Source of the DNA: Octopus vulgaris
Taxonomy: Eukaryota
Direction of reading: 5' to 3'
DNA length: 64,000 bases
Assembly: GCA_951406725.2 (NCBI GenBank)
Contig: OX597820.1
Coordinates: 39,990,001 to 40,054,000, forward strand
Below the pieces are notes generated by a model. That model saw only the letters and a list, made by a program, of their open reading frames with translations. It was not told where the DNA came from and ran no database searches. Positions 45,424 to 58,537 of the stretch are shown one piece after another. Within the stretch, counting starts at the first letter, position 1, and each line of letters begins with the position of its first letter. A program made the position numbers and the translations under genes.

Positions 45424-46487
45424 GTAAGTATATTCTCTTCTTCTCAATATTGGGTTAGTTTATATAATTAAAAACTCGACTCATGTTGAGTTTAATACAC
45501 AGTTTCATTTAGGTAAGGAGGTATGTACTGTCAGTAAAAGATTGTACCGTTGATAGGATTCATATCAAAACTTTTTCAAGTCTAATGGTCACCTATTGGT
45601 TCCTACCTGGTGTCCATCTCTAACGGATCCACGCACTGTCTGTATATGATAGAACGCTATTGCTTGTATTAGTATGTCACTTAATCTGGTTTGACAGTAG
45701 CTCACAAGTTTTAAACTCTGAGTGAAACTCTTTAAAATACTCTCACCCTACGCACGCGAAGATCGAATTTTTTGGCGTGCTGTATGGAGGAAAACAACCA
45801 TCAGATGTCAAGGTTCTAGCGACAGTAAATTGACTTCTAAAACATTTTTCTGAGATACGTACCATGTAACACAGGAAGGTATATAGAAGACGTTACTCAT
45901 CCTACTGCATCCTAGTATATTTCATGTCGTCCTTGCTGCACCACCAGTCCGGTTCGCCTACGCGACTGTATCCATGTCTTTTGATATTTTTTATAAAGCG
46001 CTATCGGTGTGTTAGAGGTGGAGTGTATTCATTTTCGGAAGCGAAAGATGAATGAGATTACTAATTTAGTCATGATTAATTATTCTAGAGTCTAACACTG
46101 GATTACATTCTGAAAAACTGTCTGGTAGTTTATGTATACTATGCTGAAACACTTGTTTCTCCTTCGGTTCTCATCGATGCTGAATTTGTTGTTCAGTAAT
46201 TGATATATGCAGCCACATTAGCCCTTGCAGTGTCATTTCTGGTTATTGGCAAACAAGTTGTTTTTCTTACAATTCCTTGTTTAATCGCTGCGATAACATT
46301 TCAATTAAGGCTCTGTAAACCGTAAGACATTTTGTTATGATAATGTAGTTTTCACGGTATGGTGCTTGTTTAGTCTAGGACAGAATTTTCCTAACGTTTT
46401 GGTGACACAGATGTCAACAAAATAATTGCTTTCCATTATTTATCAAAAAAAGATAATAATCTCATGTAAGTCTTAATTTTTGTATGG

Positions 46488-46620
46488 TACAGGGACGCTA
46501 GTTATAAATAATTGACAATGCATAATTATGTAACATATGTTTGAATTAACCCAACAAAATCAATAAACTAAATGTACTTACCATTGTATTGTCAATTATC
46601 TATAATTAGCGTTCCCGGAC
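46488..46620. mobile_element. Short Tc1/mariner-type MITE
   Basis: TA-cagggacgctagttataaataattgacaatgca ... tgtattgtcaattatctataattagcgttcccgg: imperfect ~33-bp TIRs. Confidence 0.7.
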
Positions 46621-46690
46621 AATCGAGAATGTTTGGAAACTTCCAACTGAGATCAAACAAACAGCGAACCAGTCTTCTTGCAATTTACAG

Positions 46691-46732
46691 CACCTTGACT
46701 GAAATAATATCGGAGAGATTATGCAAATTATT
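46691..46732 (+). CDS. Candidate 42-nt exon (TLTEIISERLCKL), open only in phase 2-2
   Basis: tcttcttgcaatttacag|CACC...ATTATT|gtaaga; the other two frames contain stops. Confidence 0.35.
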
Positions 46733-47440
46733 GTAAGAAAAACAGGTTGTTAGCAAATGACCAGAAATGATGATGCAATACATTTCTCTAATGTCCAGAA
46801 CACACTTCTTAAATATTTGGTGGAATGTTTGAAAGAGACGCCTATATTTCGAAATCTAAACATCGTTACATTTTTGCATTTCGGTGTTTTTAAACTTTTC
46901 ATTGTTGAAAATTGCATTTCACCCGAATATTATGTAGAAAGCGTTTGCTTTTAGTTCTGTTTGGGTATATTTCTGAACCTTAAATCCAGAAACTAACCTA
47001 CGCACTTTATAAATTGTTAACAAACTCCAATTATTTATATATCAGAAAATTCTTCAATCCTTGAAAAGTTGTTTTTTTTGCAACTCGATTTTTGTTTATT
47101 ATTATTATTGTGTTATTAGAAAGTAATTATGAACTCTTCCTTCAGGCAATGTTAAATGATCAAAGATTAAAGGAGTAGCATCACATTTTAAATTGCATCC
47201 ATTGATTGTGGAAAATAGTTAAACGTTTTTCTTTCGGTTTTCTTTATCCAGGTAACTATTTTGTCTCACATTGCACACATTTTAACGGACACTGTTTAGA
47301 TAGTATCTCACATCTCTTGCGTATTTGTGTATATTTTATTTGAATGTTCATATATATCTGAAAGATAGGCCAATTTTGTTCATATATTTCTGTTCTGCTT
47401 ACTGATTCTCTTGAAAATATTTAAACACCATTTCTTTCAG

Positions 47441-47506
47441 TTCAAATACAGAACAAAGAACTCAATTTGAGGGTCGGAATTTGAAACTTCTAATCTTTTC
47501 ACAAAT
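47441..47506 (+). CDS. Candidate 66-nt exon (SNTEQRTQFEGRNLKLLIFSQ), open only in phase 2-2
   Basis: catttctttcag|TTCA...ACAAAT|gtaaga; the other two frames contain stops. Confidence 0.35.
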
Positions 47507-48178
47507 GTAAGAAAATAATCTTGATTTATGATGTCTTCCTTTAATATAATGTATCCATATCAATGATGCCTTCCCTAAGTAATTTTCATTCGTATGAAAA
47601 TATTTGGTGTTTGATATTCAAGTGGATAGTGCTTCGTGAGGTAAAATTTAACGAATGTTTTAAATATATTGAATTTTCTTTTGACCAGGGCTCTAAAATG
47701 CTTTGATAAACTAGAACATAACCTTTCTGTAATAGTCCGTAGTAATTCATCCATCTGAGAATGTTTCCATTAAGAAATTTATCTAAAATCTCAATGTTTT
47801 TACGGGAACATTGTGAAAGCGCAAGAGTATCTCTCTCGGTTACACTGAATGAAACATATAAAACCCAATTGTACTGCTGTATTTATTAATGTCTATGTTT
47901 AGAAGGTTCGGTGGAACGTATTGACTCATGTATTTCCAATGTAAACACTTGTTACTGTTTCCAAGATGTATCTTTCATTTCCGATTTAGAATCATCAAAC
48001 ATATGTTGAAGTTGACCTGCAGTGTTTTCCTACTGTAAGTTTTGCTTTGCCTTGGACTCAAATCTAGACACAAGCAGTTTTCGACAAGAAAGTTCTTTAA
48101 TATTCCCGTGGTGATTTGACTGGAAACTGCTGCCGCTACTTATAGTTGCTTATAAGTAAGAGAGAGCGAGTAAGATAT

Positions 48179-48247
<69 letters not shown>

Positions 48248-48418
48248 CAGAGATTAATACAAGATATGTGAGTGCGTAAATGTTGTTTTTAATGGGAGAG
48301 AAACGCTTCTAGGCTCATACATTTTTTCTTTATATTAGGAGATCTTTTTGTTTTCTAAGTGAAAAGCAGCATTTCGCTCTTGCTATGGACTCTTCAGCTC
48401 AGAATAACTCGCAGTCTT

Positions 48419-48506
48419 CACCACCATCACCAAAACCACCACCACCACCACCACCACCACCACCACCACCACCACCACCACCACCACCACCACCACCACC
48501 ACCACC

Positions 48507-48552
<46 letters not shown>

Positions 48553-48568
48553 TCACTCCCACCACTAC
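48419..48568. repeat. (CAC)n-(TAC)n compound microsatellite
   Basis: Read directly. Confidence 0.96.
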
Positions 48569-48904
48569 ACCGTGTTCTTTCGCCTATTGGAGTCTACCTA
48601 TAAAGACGTTTCTATGGTAATAAAATTGCAGTATAGTATAATTTAATTTTGGGTTAGAAACCCTGTGACTTTCCTTTATAGTCATAATATGAATAACAAT
48701 ACCTTTTCCTATAAAATGCAACAAAATTAGGATCTAGTCTTTCTCATTCACAAAATCAGCCCCCATAATTTTGCTGAGATTGCTATCAGTTTTGGTATAT
48801 CGATACAACCCTGAATTTTGATTACGATCAACCAATTACTTTATCTCGTAAATTAAAGAATCTGATGTCATTTGGAATTAAATTTGGGAAAGTTGGGTAA
48901 TTGT

Positions 48905-48952
48905 AGCCAATCAACAGACAGCGTGGCATTAGCAGCTTGTTGCTATGACAAC
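48905..48952 (+). promoter_or_regulatory. CCAAT box plus RFX X-box-like palindrome
   Basis: AGCCAATCA at 48905-48913 and GTTGCTATGACAAC at 48939-48952, close to the X-box consensus GTTGCCATGGCAAC. Confidence 0.4.
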
Positions 48953-49194
48953 AGGACGCTGCGTTATGGTTCACTTCACTGTTGTCTCACCGTTGTCTGC
49001 GACTTCGTGGTTCACTTCACCGTTGTCTGTGACGCACGTTGTTCGATGTTGATTTTTTTTACAATTGATTCTTCACACTACGAGATTTTTTAATGTTTTT
49101 ATGTTAGTAGATTACTTATTTTTCTGTGCTTTTTCTGCATTTATTCTTATTGTCGTTTACAAATCCAAACATGAAAACGTTACTCAACTTTGGA

Positions 49195-49233
<39 letters not shown>

Positions 49234-49323
49234 ATATATTAATGATGTACATAAATACATGGCATGTATACATATTACTGAAATACGCATAAAGTAAACA
49301 CATGCAGACAAATATGATAATAT

Positions 49324-49616
49324 CACGTGACCACGTGACCGACCAGACCATCAGATGTTGCTACACATCGCTGGTCACAATGCGTTCGCATTGTTTTAGC
49401 CTTCGAATGACGCCACCCCGCTGGCTAAGCGAGCAGGCCAACAGAAGAAAGAGTGGTGAAAGAGTACAGCAGGGATCACCACCCCCTGCCGGAGCTTCGT
49501 GGAGCTTTTAGGTGTTTTCGCTCAATAAACACTCTCAACACCCGGTCTGGGAATCGAAACCGCGATCCTACGACCGCGAGTCCGCTGCCCTAACCACTAG
49601 GCCATTGCGCCTCCAC
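49324..49616 (-). mobile_element. Full-length tRNA-derived SINE (family A, tail type 2) with 11-bp TSD
   Basis: Same head and central region as 38656-39007 but a different 3' half; TSD tatgataatat (49313-49323 and 49617-49627). Confidence 0.95.
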
Positions 49617-52426
49617 TATGATAATATAACACATTTTTAAAAAATATAGAAAATACAATCAATGAATGAGAAAGACTAGATCCTGATGATACATGTTGAT
49701 TTTTTAGGTATTTCTGTTTATTTACAAACCGACAATGAACAGGTCCGACGCTACATTTCACAGGGTACAACCTTAAAGTTGACACCGCTCCGCTAAACGC
49801 AGAAAATTTCTGTCTCGCTATTGGCAAAAAATACTCAGTTATTTCGAGTTTTAAACCTCTGTAACTTTTTTCTCAGATATTTTTCTCCCCAACATTATAC
49901 CTTCAAAGCAATGAGACTGGAATGTTACATTATTATAGCCAATTTTCAGATTTTTACTGTTTTCTACAAAAAGCATATTTTGCGAATGAAAAAAAACCCA
50001 ACTAAATCCCAGAATTAATATGATTATCGAAAATTAATCTGATTTTACCCAATATTGAGTTAAAATTAAAGATTATTACCAACACACTGAGTGTTGCGAC
50101 ATACAATAGAGAATACACTGCCCTACACGATCTCTATTGCTAACCAGACAAGAACTCTGTCTTCGTGTTATCTGCTCGATACATAGTGGTTGATCCATTT
50201 CACCTCTGGAATAACTGGTAATTGTGTGCACTCCGGAAATTGCTGTCTAGCTGATGGCTATTAGATCTACGTATAGTGATATGAAGTTGTTGAACAAGAA
50301 ACTTTCACAATTATCAGGTCAGGTGATATGATCTAGTGATATTTGTTAGGTATTTGGGGATAGTGTATTCACTTTGAGCAACAGCTGTAATTGGCTTGTA
50401 CTTTATTTTTATTGACCTCGGAAGAACAAAAAGCAAATTTAACTCCGATGGAATAACGTTGCCTTTAGAACGTAAAGCGTCAGATTAATGGTACTTTTGT
50501 GGATCTGCCAATCCACTGCTCTTTCATGATAATATTTCTAGTATGGGAACAAGGCCATAAGTTTGGGGAGAAGGATTAGTAATTTAAATACCGGTATTAG
50601 ATTGGTAATTTATTTCATCGATTCCAGAACCATAAAAATCTAAATGGACATCGGTGGAATTTGAACCCAGAGTGTGGAGAAGCAGATCAAATACCGCAAA
50701 GCATTTTGTCCGAAGCTCTATTGATAATAAAGATGATAAGGAAGCAGAATATAATGGTGATAAAAATGATGATGGTGATGATGATGGTGATGATAGAGGG
50801 AATGATAATTATGATGATTATGATTATAGCGTTTTCTTCATTCGCCACAAGAGCAACATATGTAGAGCAAAGAAAATGTAGAAGAAAAAGAAAAGGGAGT
50901 AGGGAGAAGAAGAAGAAGATTAAGAAGAAAGAAGAAGAAGAAGAAGAAGAACAAGAAGAACAAGAAGAACAAGAAGAACAAGAAGAACAGGAAGAGAGGA
51001 AGGGAGTTGAGAAGGCGGGAGAGAAGACAATGAAGAAGAAGAAAAGAAGGAAGAAGATAAAAAAGAATAATTCAGTACAATTGTTATAGTACAGAGGAGT
51101 GGGATTGAGTTTGTGTAGCCATAGCTAGTTTATCTTCTATCTGATGATATACTGGCGGATATGAAATATATCATTATCGATAAGTAGACAGAACATCATA
51201 GCTAGACTACTCCAACCACCAGCTATCTCCAAAACTATGGTACACGGCGGCAATGAAAGCAGTTCTTTCCCCAGATCGACTAATTAGATTTAAGCTAACA
51301 ATCGCTTCTATCCGTTTTCGTATAGAAGACTCTGACACTTGCCAACAAATGCTTCTGCTTTAATGACCGTACTGATGATGGAGTGAGACGATTGGAGGTT
51401 TTCCGATAATTACCTTCTGTATTCTGGTCGTAGCGAGGGATCTGAAATGTGTTAGTGAATTATTGGTTGAGATCGGGGTCGACATTTCTATTCTTTGTTC
51501 TTATTGTGAATGATTTTCTTTCCCAAAAGCTGTCTAAGATAAAATCAAAGTTTGGCTTTCATACAGCCATTCTGTTGATTCAGGATAGAGCTTGGCTATG
51601 TTTGAACAGAAAATATTGGTACCCACTTTGAACAAGTAATGTTTAAAGAACACTCGCTCAACTCGTTTAAACCAGCGTAAAATGAATAGAATGTAGAATT
51701 AAAAGAGAGTGAACCGCATGGTTGCACTAAATACATTGCACATACCTAAATAAAGACAACACAATCAATAAATTTAACACACATACACGAAACTGCATTC
51801 TACAAGTCAAATGCAACCTTTAATCTGGTCATTCAACTTGTTAGAAATAGCAGCCAGATTTGTTCAAATGTATACTACAGTCTTTAAAACGATTGGACAG
51901 TTTATAGTGTAGTTGTTGTAATGCCTTGTTGTTGCTGATCATAGGTCTATTCAGCTACATACTGCAATTAAGAATCAAGTAAAGGCAAATTGTAGGAATT
52001 AATCGGGAAAATTTACACCGGCAGAAACGCAGTTACAGTGGGCCATTAAACACTTATAAGCAACACATAGGAAAGAATAAGTGGAGTTTCGATTGCTTTT
52101 ACATTTACACTCTGATGTGCACAGTTAATATGAGTATATCTTACTGTAACATTATACAGTTGATGAAATACTGATAACCTGCTCTTATTTCACTGAAAGG
52201 GCATAGATAAACGATGACCGGGCGTAATTAGAGTTGTTCCTAACGCTATTTGGTTGTCTAGGAGAAACTATATGTTATAAAGGATCTAATTAATATAGTA
52301 AGTGCAACACTTATGAGATGGCAATATGCATTAATTATTCAGAAAAATGAAATAGTTTCCAGATCGACACAACTCAAAAAATATTGATATTTAATTCTAA
52401 ATTTCATGTGTTGTTTATAATTTCAG

Positions 52427-52467
52427 ATGTCAGCCGATATGCTATATACAAGAAAAGAAATCGCTAA
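52427..52467 (+). CDS. Candidate terminal coding exon (xVSRYAIYKKRNR* in phase 1, or MSADMLYTRKEIAK... in phase 0)
   Basis: Strong acceptor tgttgtttataatttcag|; AATAAA at 52505; a long repeat-poor AT-rich stretch follows (52.9-54.7 kb) that looks like a 3'UTR. Confidence 0.25.
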
Positions 52468-52514
52468 GGAGTTGAAAGAATATAGCACTTTGTACTGTTT
52501 AAAAAATAAAAAAA

Positions 52515-52890
52515 TGCGCACGTGCGCAAATTTGCTTCCCAAGCACATGGCTCTGATTTCAGTCCCACTGCTTGGCACTTGGGCCAAAACCTTGCGAACG
52601 AATTCGGTAGACGGAAACTGAAAGAATCACGTTGCATATATATATATTTCTATGTACTTAAATCCTTATGTCCTTGTTTGTCCTCCACCAGCGCTTGACA
52701 ACCGGTGTTGGTTGGGTTATCGTTTCGGCTAAGACAGCAATAGAACAGAATTTATCACGTCGGCTAAGACAGCGATAGGATATATACCAGGCCTACAAAA
52801 GTCGATTCATTCGATTAATCTTCTTTCAAGGCGGTACACAATCATGACCGCAGTCTAATGACTGAAACATGTGAAAGATAGAAGATATAT
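52515..52890 (+). mobile_element. Composite SINE: family B head, short TA tract, family D module
   Basis: ttcagtcccactgc.tggcac.ttggg...gacggaaactgaaagaa, then (TA)n, then tttgtcc.ccacca.cgcttgacaaccgg...ttcaaggcggt...gcagtctaatgactgaaac. Confidence 0.75.
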
Positions 52891-55000
52891 TCAAACATAC
52901 TTATTAGTACTAGACTGTGAATATAGTAGTTTTCCTTTGTCCTTAGAAGATTAGTGACAGGTGTTTGTTTCCAGCTTTTATTCCTTAATCCAACCTGAAA
53001 ACGAACGCCTCAGAAGACCACAAAGGCTACAAATTAACTCAAAAGGATTGTTTAGGTACACATAACTTCGATTTGTAATATATTGTGACTAGTTACATGT
53101 GGATGTCATATTTCATACCCAGAATCAAGAACTTCTACTTACACACAGACGACAAACTTCATGTTTGATATCAATTCATTCCATTTGAAAATATAGTTTT
53201 GAAAATCTTTTTCAGGAGAACTAGATTGAGGGCTTAAAATGATGTATTGTTACAAGATATCTATTGTATTGGTAGATTTCCTCTCATTTATTTCAATTTT
53301 TGTAATTTGTAATTTCTTATAGAGTCATATATATTTCTTATTCGCTTTGTTATTTGCCTGCACGCATTTATGTGAATACTGAAAGAGTTATGGCCGTCTT
53401 AAACGTTAAGATTGTGTGTCTGTGGATCTATAAGAAATGGATTCATTTCTGATCCATCATATTGTCATCGATTTATATAGTAGTTAATTGTATGTTTGTA
53501 ATGAGTTTCTATTCATTTTAGTTTCATCGGAATCCTGGTAACGTATAATGGAAAGGTATAGTTCACTCCAGCAATTCTATTGTTAGGCATTTTCAATTGA
53601 TCTTATCTGTATAGATGTCTAGCCAATGTAGCAATTACAGTGCAATTGGAAATTTTCTAATTGCACTCGCCAAACCATAAACTACAATGATCTCACCTGG
53701 AAGCCAAAAGTCCGAAGAGTAGGAGACATGTGTATTAATGTTTTACGCACGCACATAAATTCTCTTTCTCAGTAACACAGTGGGAAATGTATCGATATCT
53801 ATATTTGTTTGTTGTTACTGTTGCCTGCACGATAGAAAACGAAGTGAATTATTATCTAAATTTAACTTATATGTCTGACATATATGCTCTTAGTTGCTGG
53901 ACAGTAAATGTATCTTAATAAATATTATGTTTACTGTCTTCGTTTCACAGTTACATTTCTAAAGCTGCTGTACATAAGTCGCTGATATTAATATGTATTT
54001 ATTGTTTTCTCTTTGTCGGATTGTTGTTTCATGACACACAATAATTCTAGTTGCGCAATGATCGTAGCATCGAGATAATTAGTTAAATTCATATAATTTC
54101 GTCCTAATCTATACACCATGAGAAAATGTTTTTATATTCAAAACGTATCGCTATACCTTGCAGTTGGAGACAACTAACTTGCTGTATATATCATGAAATT
54201 ATTAAAGAATGAAGATTACTTCAAGAAAAATAACCGCTTATCACATTTTACCACTAAAAGAGTCTCGAGTCTCACTTTTACTTAATCGTAACGTTAACTT
54301 TGAAGTTCTAGCGAAGGGACACTATCTATATAACTACTGGTAATGTAATTGATGTTTTGAAACGTAATTCTCATCTACGGATTCAAGTCAAAAAACGTAA
54401 TTGGTGTTGGTATTTGAAAATATTTAATATCAATAGATTGTGACAATATTGTCGTTTTAAGAACCTGCATTACTATGTTATTTCCTCTGCTCTGTTCGCC
54501 GAATTAGAAATATAGAATTCGATGTTTAAGAGTTTTTAGAACACTTTCATGATGGACTCATACTGTTTAACAAATATATTCTAAACTTAAAGATTACGGA
54601 ACATAAAACATCTGCAAAAGAAGCGGTTTAGTTCAGGCATGATGGAAAGAAGTATTTGAGCAAATTTTGTTCCATGTTCCTGCTTTTTCAGCTATGTAAA
54701 TGTTTTTTTTCTAGTTTCAGCTCAGAGCTGCGGCCATGCTGATGCACCGCCGTTTTATATATATATGTATAAATTATTAATATAATGGTTAAAATATTGC
54801 ATGAACAAAATAAGTTTCGAAACTGAAACTAAAATACATACATTTATGCATATGGAAGCGAACATCGCTGTGTATTGAAGAAATTCATTTCAAACCATAT
54901 TCTCTCTGTTGGATCATAATGCGCATCATCATAAATAGGGCTTGGGCTAAGTGCGCTACATGTGTCAAAAAGTCGTAAGAAACAAGCAACGTCTGTATTA

Positions 55001-55049
<49 letters not shown>

Positions 55050-55057
<8 letters not shown>

Positions 55058-55179
55058 GAAAGAATGGAGTTGAACGACGAATTAACAAAATTCCTTTATT
55101 TTATTTTCGACATATGTTTCGAAAATAAAATAAAGGAATTTTGTTAATTCGTCGTTCAACTCCATTCTTTCATTTATTT
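55050..55179. repeat. Perfect 61-bp-arm palindrome centred on a hammerhead-like GAAAC-ATAT-GTC motif
   Basis: 55050-55110 is the exact reverse complement of 55119-55179. The centre reads CGAAACATATGTCG on the minus strand. The whole insert (55050-55329) lies between (TA)n tracts. Confidence 0.95.
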
Positions 55180-55325
55180 GTATTTAAAAAAACACACAAA
55201 TTTCTACACGATAGCACGTGATCTCTGCCCCAGGCATGTAGCTTCAACCGTGTTTTTCTGACGTGAATTTGCTACCCAGGTATCGGTTAACCGAATTATT
55301 CATAATAAGATAATTCATTCAACTA

Positions 55326-55441
<116 letters not shown>

Positions 55442-56450
55442 TGTATGTGTGCGTGTATATGTGAGTGTGTGTGTGTATATATTCATATATACATACTACA
55501 TATCACCGTATGATTCGGCATATAGAAGAAAAAAATAACTTTAATTCTGTTTCGAACAGTTACGTTCCTCTACCCACTGAATAACTTGTCATTCCCCAGA
55601 TAAAGTTTTAAAACATAATTAAGTAATTAGCAGGCAAATTCATGGAGTCGATGAAATCAACTAAAATCGTGCAAGATAGCAACACTGATGATCATATATA
55701 GGTGCGGACTGAAGTACACGATACATGAAAGCAATATTATTTTAAGAGTATTGGAAACACTTTCATAACAGTTGAAATATCCACATGAACAGGGCAGAAA
55801 AAGAAAATTGTCCATAATGCCTTCTAACATAAACATTAGGATATACATGTTGGTTGAGGTAAAGGAAATTGATAAACATCTACTCTAATACACTATTCAT
55901 TCTATATTTTATCGATCTTCGGAAAGATGAATTGTAATAGTAAGGGAAATCAGAAAGGGAAAGATAGAAAGTAAACGCATGTATTTAGTTTCTGCTACTA
56001 ACATTTATAATGATGCTAAAATAATACATTGTTGCATGAGCACAGTCCCAAGATTTCAAGAGGAAGTTGTAGAGGAATTAATCGCTTCATATATATATAG
56101 CTTCAGCTACTTGCCTATGTACGTGATCTGAAATGTCTTCTTGCTGCCAATAACGGGACTAATTGCAAGTTATCAGCTGTTAATACTCCCCATAATCCTT
56201 TACTGATACCTCCTGAAGCATTTTCCATAATCCTCTTTAACTAATAATTCTGGAATCTCTAACTAGAAAGAGAAAAAAAAAAACAGAAAAAAAATAGATT
56301 CCTTCAATGCACCGTGCGTAGTTTGCCTTAATCATAGCATCGATATAGCTAAGTGCCCAATAATCCTTACAGTGCCCCTTTAGCATTATAAATGCATATA
56401 TATATATATATATATATATGCATGTATATGTGTGTGTATGTATATACATA

Positions 56451-56530
<80 letters not shown>

Positions 56531-56591
56531 GTAAGAGGAGGGATATAATATCCAGGCAGATACCGAATATTTATATATATATATTTATATA

Positions 56592-56795
56592 TACGAAGAG
56601 TTCTGACAAGTTCCTGGCTTTAAGGGTATCGTAAAAGACCTGGTTGGAGGCCTAAACGTCCGTGTTCTTTGACGGGGCTTAGAAAACCTGAAAGATCGCT
56701 GCGCTAGGTGTGTGAGGGAAGTATATGTTGAATACAACATTGAATAACTGATCATTCTGTTTTTTTTTTACCCAGAGACTTTTATATATCTTTGT
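56592..56795 (+). mobile_element. Non-autonomous mariner derivative
   Basis: TA-CGAAGAGTTCTGACAAGTTCCTGGC TIR-like start. An internal remnant LKDRCARCV..YVE resembles the mariner C-terminus RWxKCVxxxGxYVE. The right TIR is degenerate. Confidence 0.55.
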
Positions 56796-56884
56796 CCAAA
56801 TATAGATGCATAAATATATACAAAGTGTGTCATTCTCTCACACATATACAAACACATACACACGCACACATACATATGTGTATA

Positions 56885-56964
<80 letters not shown>

Positions 56965-56977
56965 TATATGCATACAT

Positions 56978-57470
56978 GGGTACAGGGTGCCACCAAGTGT
57001 GTGTAAACAACATGAAATACATAAACAAACGAGTTAAATACGTAAACAGAGAATAAATGCAAAACAGTTGAGGTAAACACAGAGAAACGACACTTCATCG
57101 GTTGTCGGCTGTCTATCTACTCCTCATTTCGATCATTCAACGACAATATGAGTCTTCAAAGACAGTTGCTCCCATAAATTTGAATTAAAATTTAGGATTT
57201 ATAGAAGGTCAAAGTTGAGAACAAAAACAGGATAGTGGGGACACACAAGGAAACCGAGCGAAAACAAACATGGAGGGTCGTCAGGCCAGAACGAGAGGAA
57301 AATAGTGAACGCTGGAAAAAATATTTTCTTTGAAAAGAGAAAAGATAGAAGAGAGAGAGAGAGAGCGAAAAAAAAAACACTGTCCTTTGAATGTCCGTGC
57401 AGGAAAAGAAAGATGGTCTTGTGAAGAAAGGAAAGATGGACTATGGTCCCGTGTGAGCTAGATGAGAGAG
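56978..57470 (-). mobile_element. Penelope-like pLTR remnant with a degenerate hammerhead-like motif
   Basis: Related to 16860-17100. Minus strand 57166-57109 reads ctgtct-TTGAAGA-ctcat...atgatc-GAAA-tgaggagTA-gatagacag. Abuts a (TA)-rich tract. Confidence 0.45.
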
Positions 57471-58506
57471 AAAAAGAGAAATAGGGGAGAAAGAAACATA
57501 GAAAACTGCGAAAGAGGGAGGGGAGAACAAGGAATTAGAGAAGGATGGAGGAAGAACGCAGTATAGAGTTATATATAAACTCATGTTGGGAAACAAACAC
57601 ACACACACACACACATGCACACTTATATATATATTCATACGTTATTCGATGTATAATATGAATAGCTGATTCCAAAAGTTATATCACAATCTACCCGACG
57701 AGGAGAAAACAATTTGATAAAAGATATTCCATGAACGCTTTACTGCAGATATAGGATAGAATGTATGAGTGAACTATTGAATAGTTTTGCATGGATAAAG
57801 ACCCAAATATAATCACTCACCTTGCTGTCTTAATATAAATTCTGATTGCCTTAAACCCTTTTGAGAATATTTCATTTGGAAAAGGTGAGGAATTCCGTTA
57901 GAATTAAAGATGCTATGTTTAGCTCATAACGCCATTTTGCTTTCACGTAAAGGTAATAGTGATGGCTTAATCTACATTGTAGGTATATGTTTCATTACAG
58001 CCATTTATTAGTTTACAAGTACAACAAATATTTAAACAGCTATAATACACATTTCTTTAAATTACACCTTTAGAAAGAAAAAAAAGATTTACTTGAACAA
58101 AACGCACAATATATGCAATTATAGCGTTATAACAGTATAGCGGAATCCGATATATATAGAACAATAGTCAATTAGATATGATAAAAATAATAGCGATAAA
58201 TATATATGGTTAGAAATTAGCAAGAAAAATATTTCAGAATTACCTGATTAACTGGCAGAAGTGTAATGTATATAAGGTAAAAAAGAAAAAGAAAAAGAAA
58301 AAGAAAAAGAAAAAAAAAGGGGGCGGGATGCTTAAGATTCGAATATATAGATATCATAATCTCAGAACATTTTAGAAAAGCAACATATCATCTAATTCTT
58401 CATGAAAGTCTGACACGTTGCGAAAGACAATTAACTTTTAACTTTTAGAAACCATGGTTCCTTCCTAATATTACTAACAACCCCTTAAAAGTTTTGTCTT
58501 ATCAGT

Positions 58507-58537
<31 letters not shown>

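Noticed and set aside
48359-48646. Poly-His, poly-Pro and poly-Val ORFs (also 42593-42940, 23878-24417, 38200-38493, 50661-51089)
   Set aside because: Trinucleotide microsatellites open in several frames; no splice or domain support.
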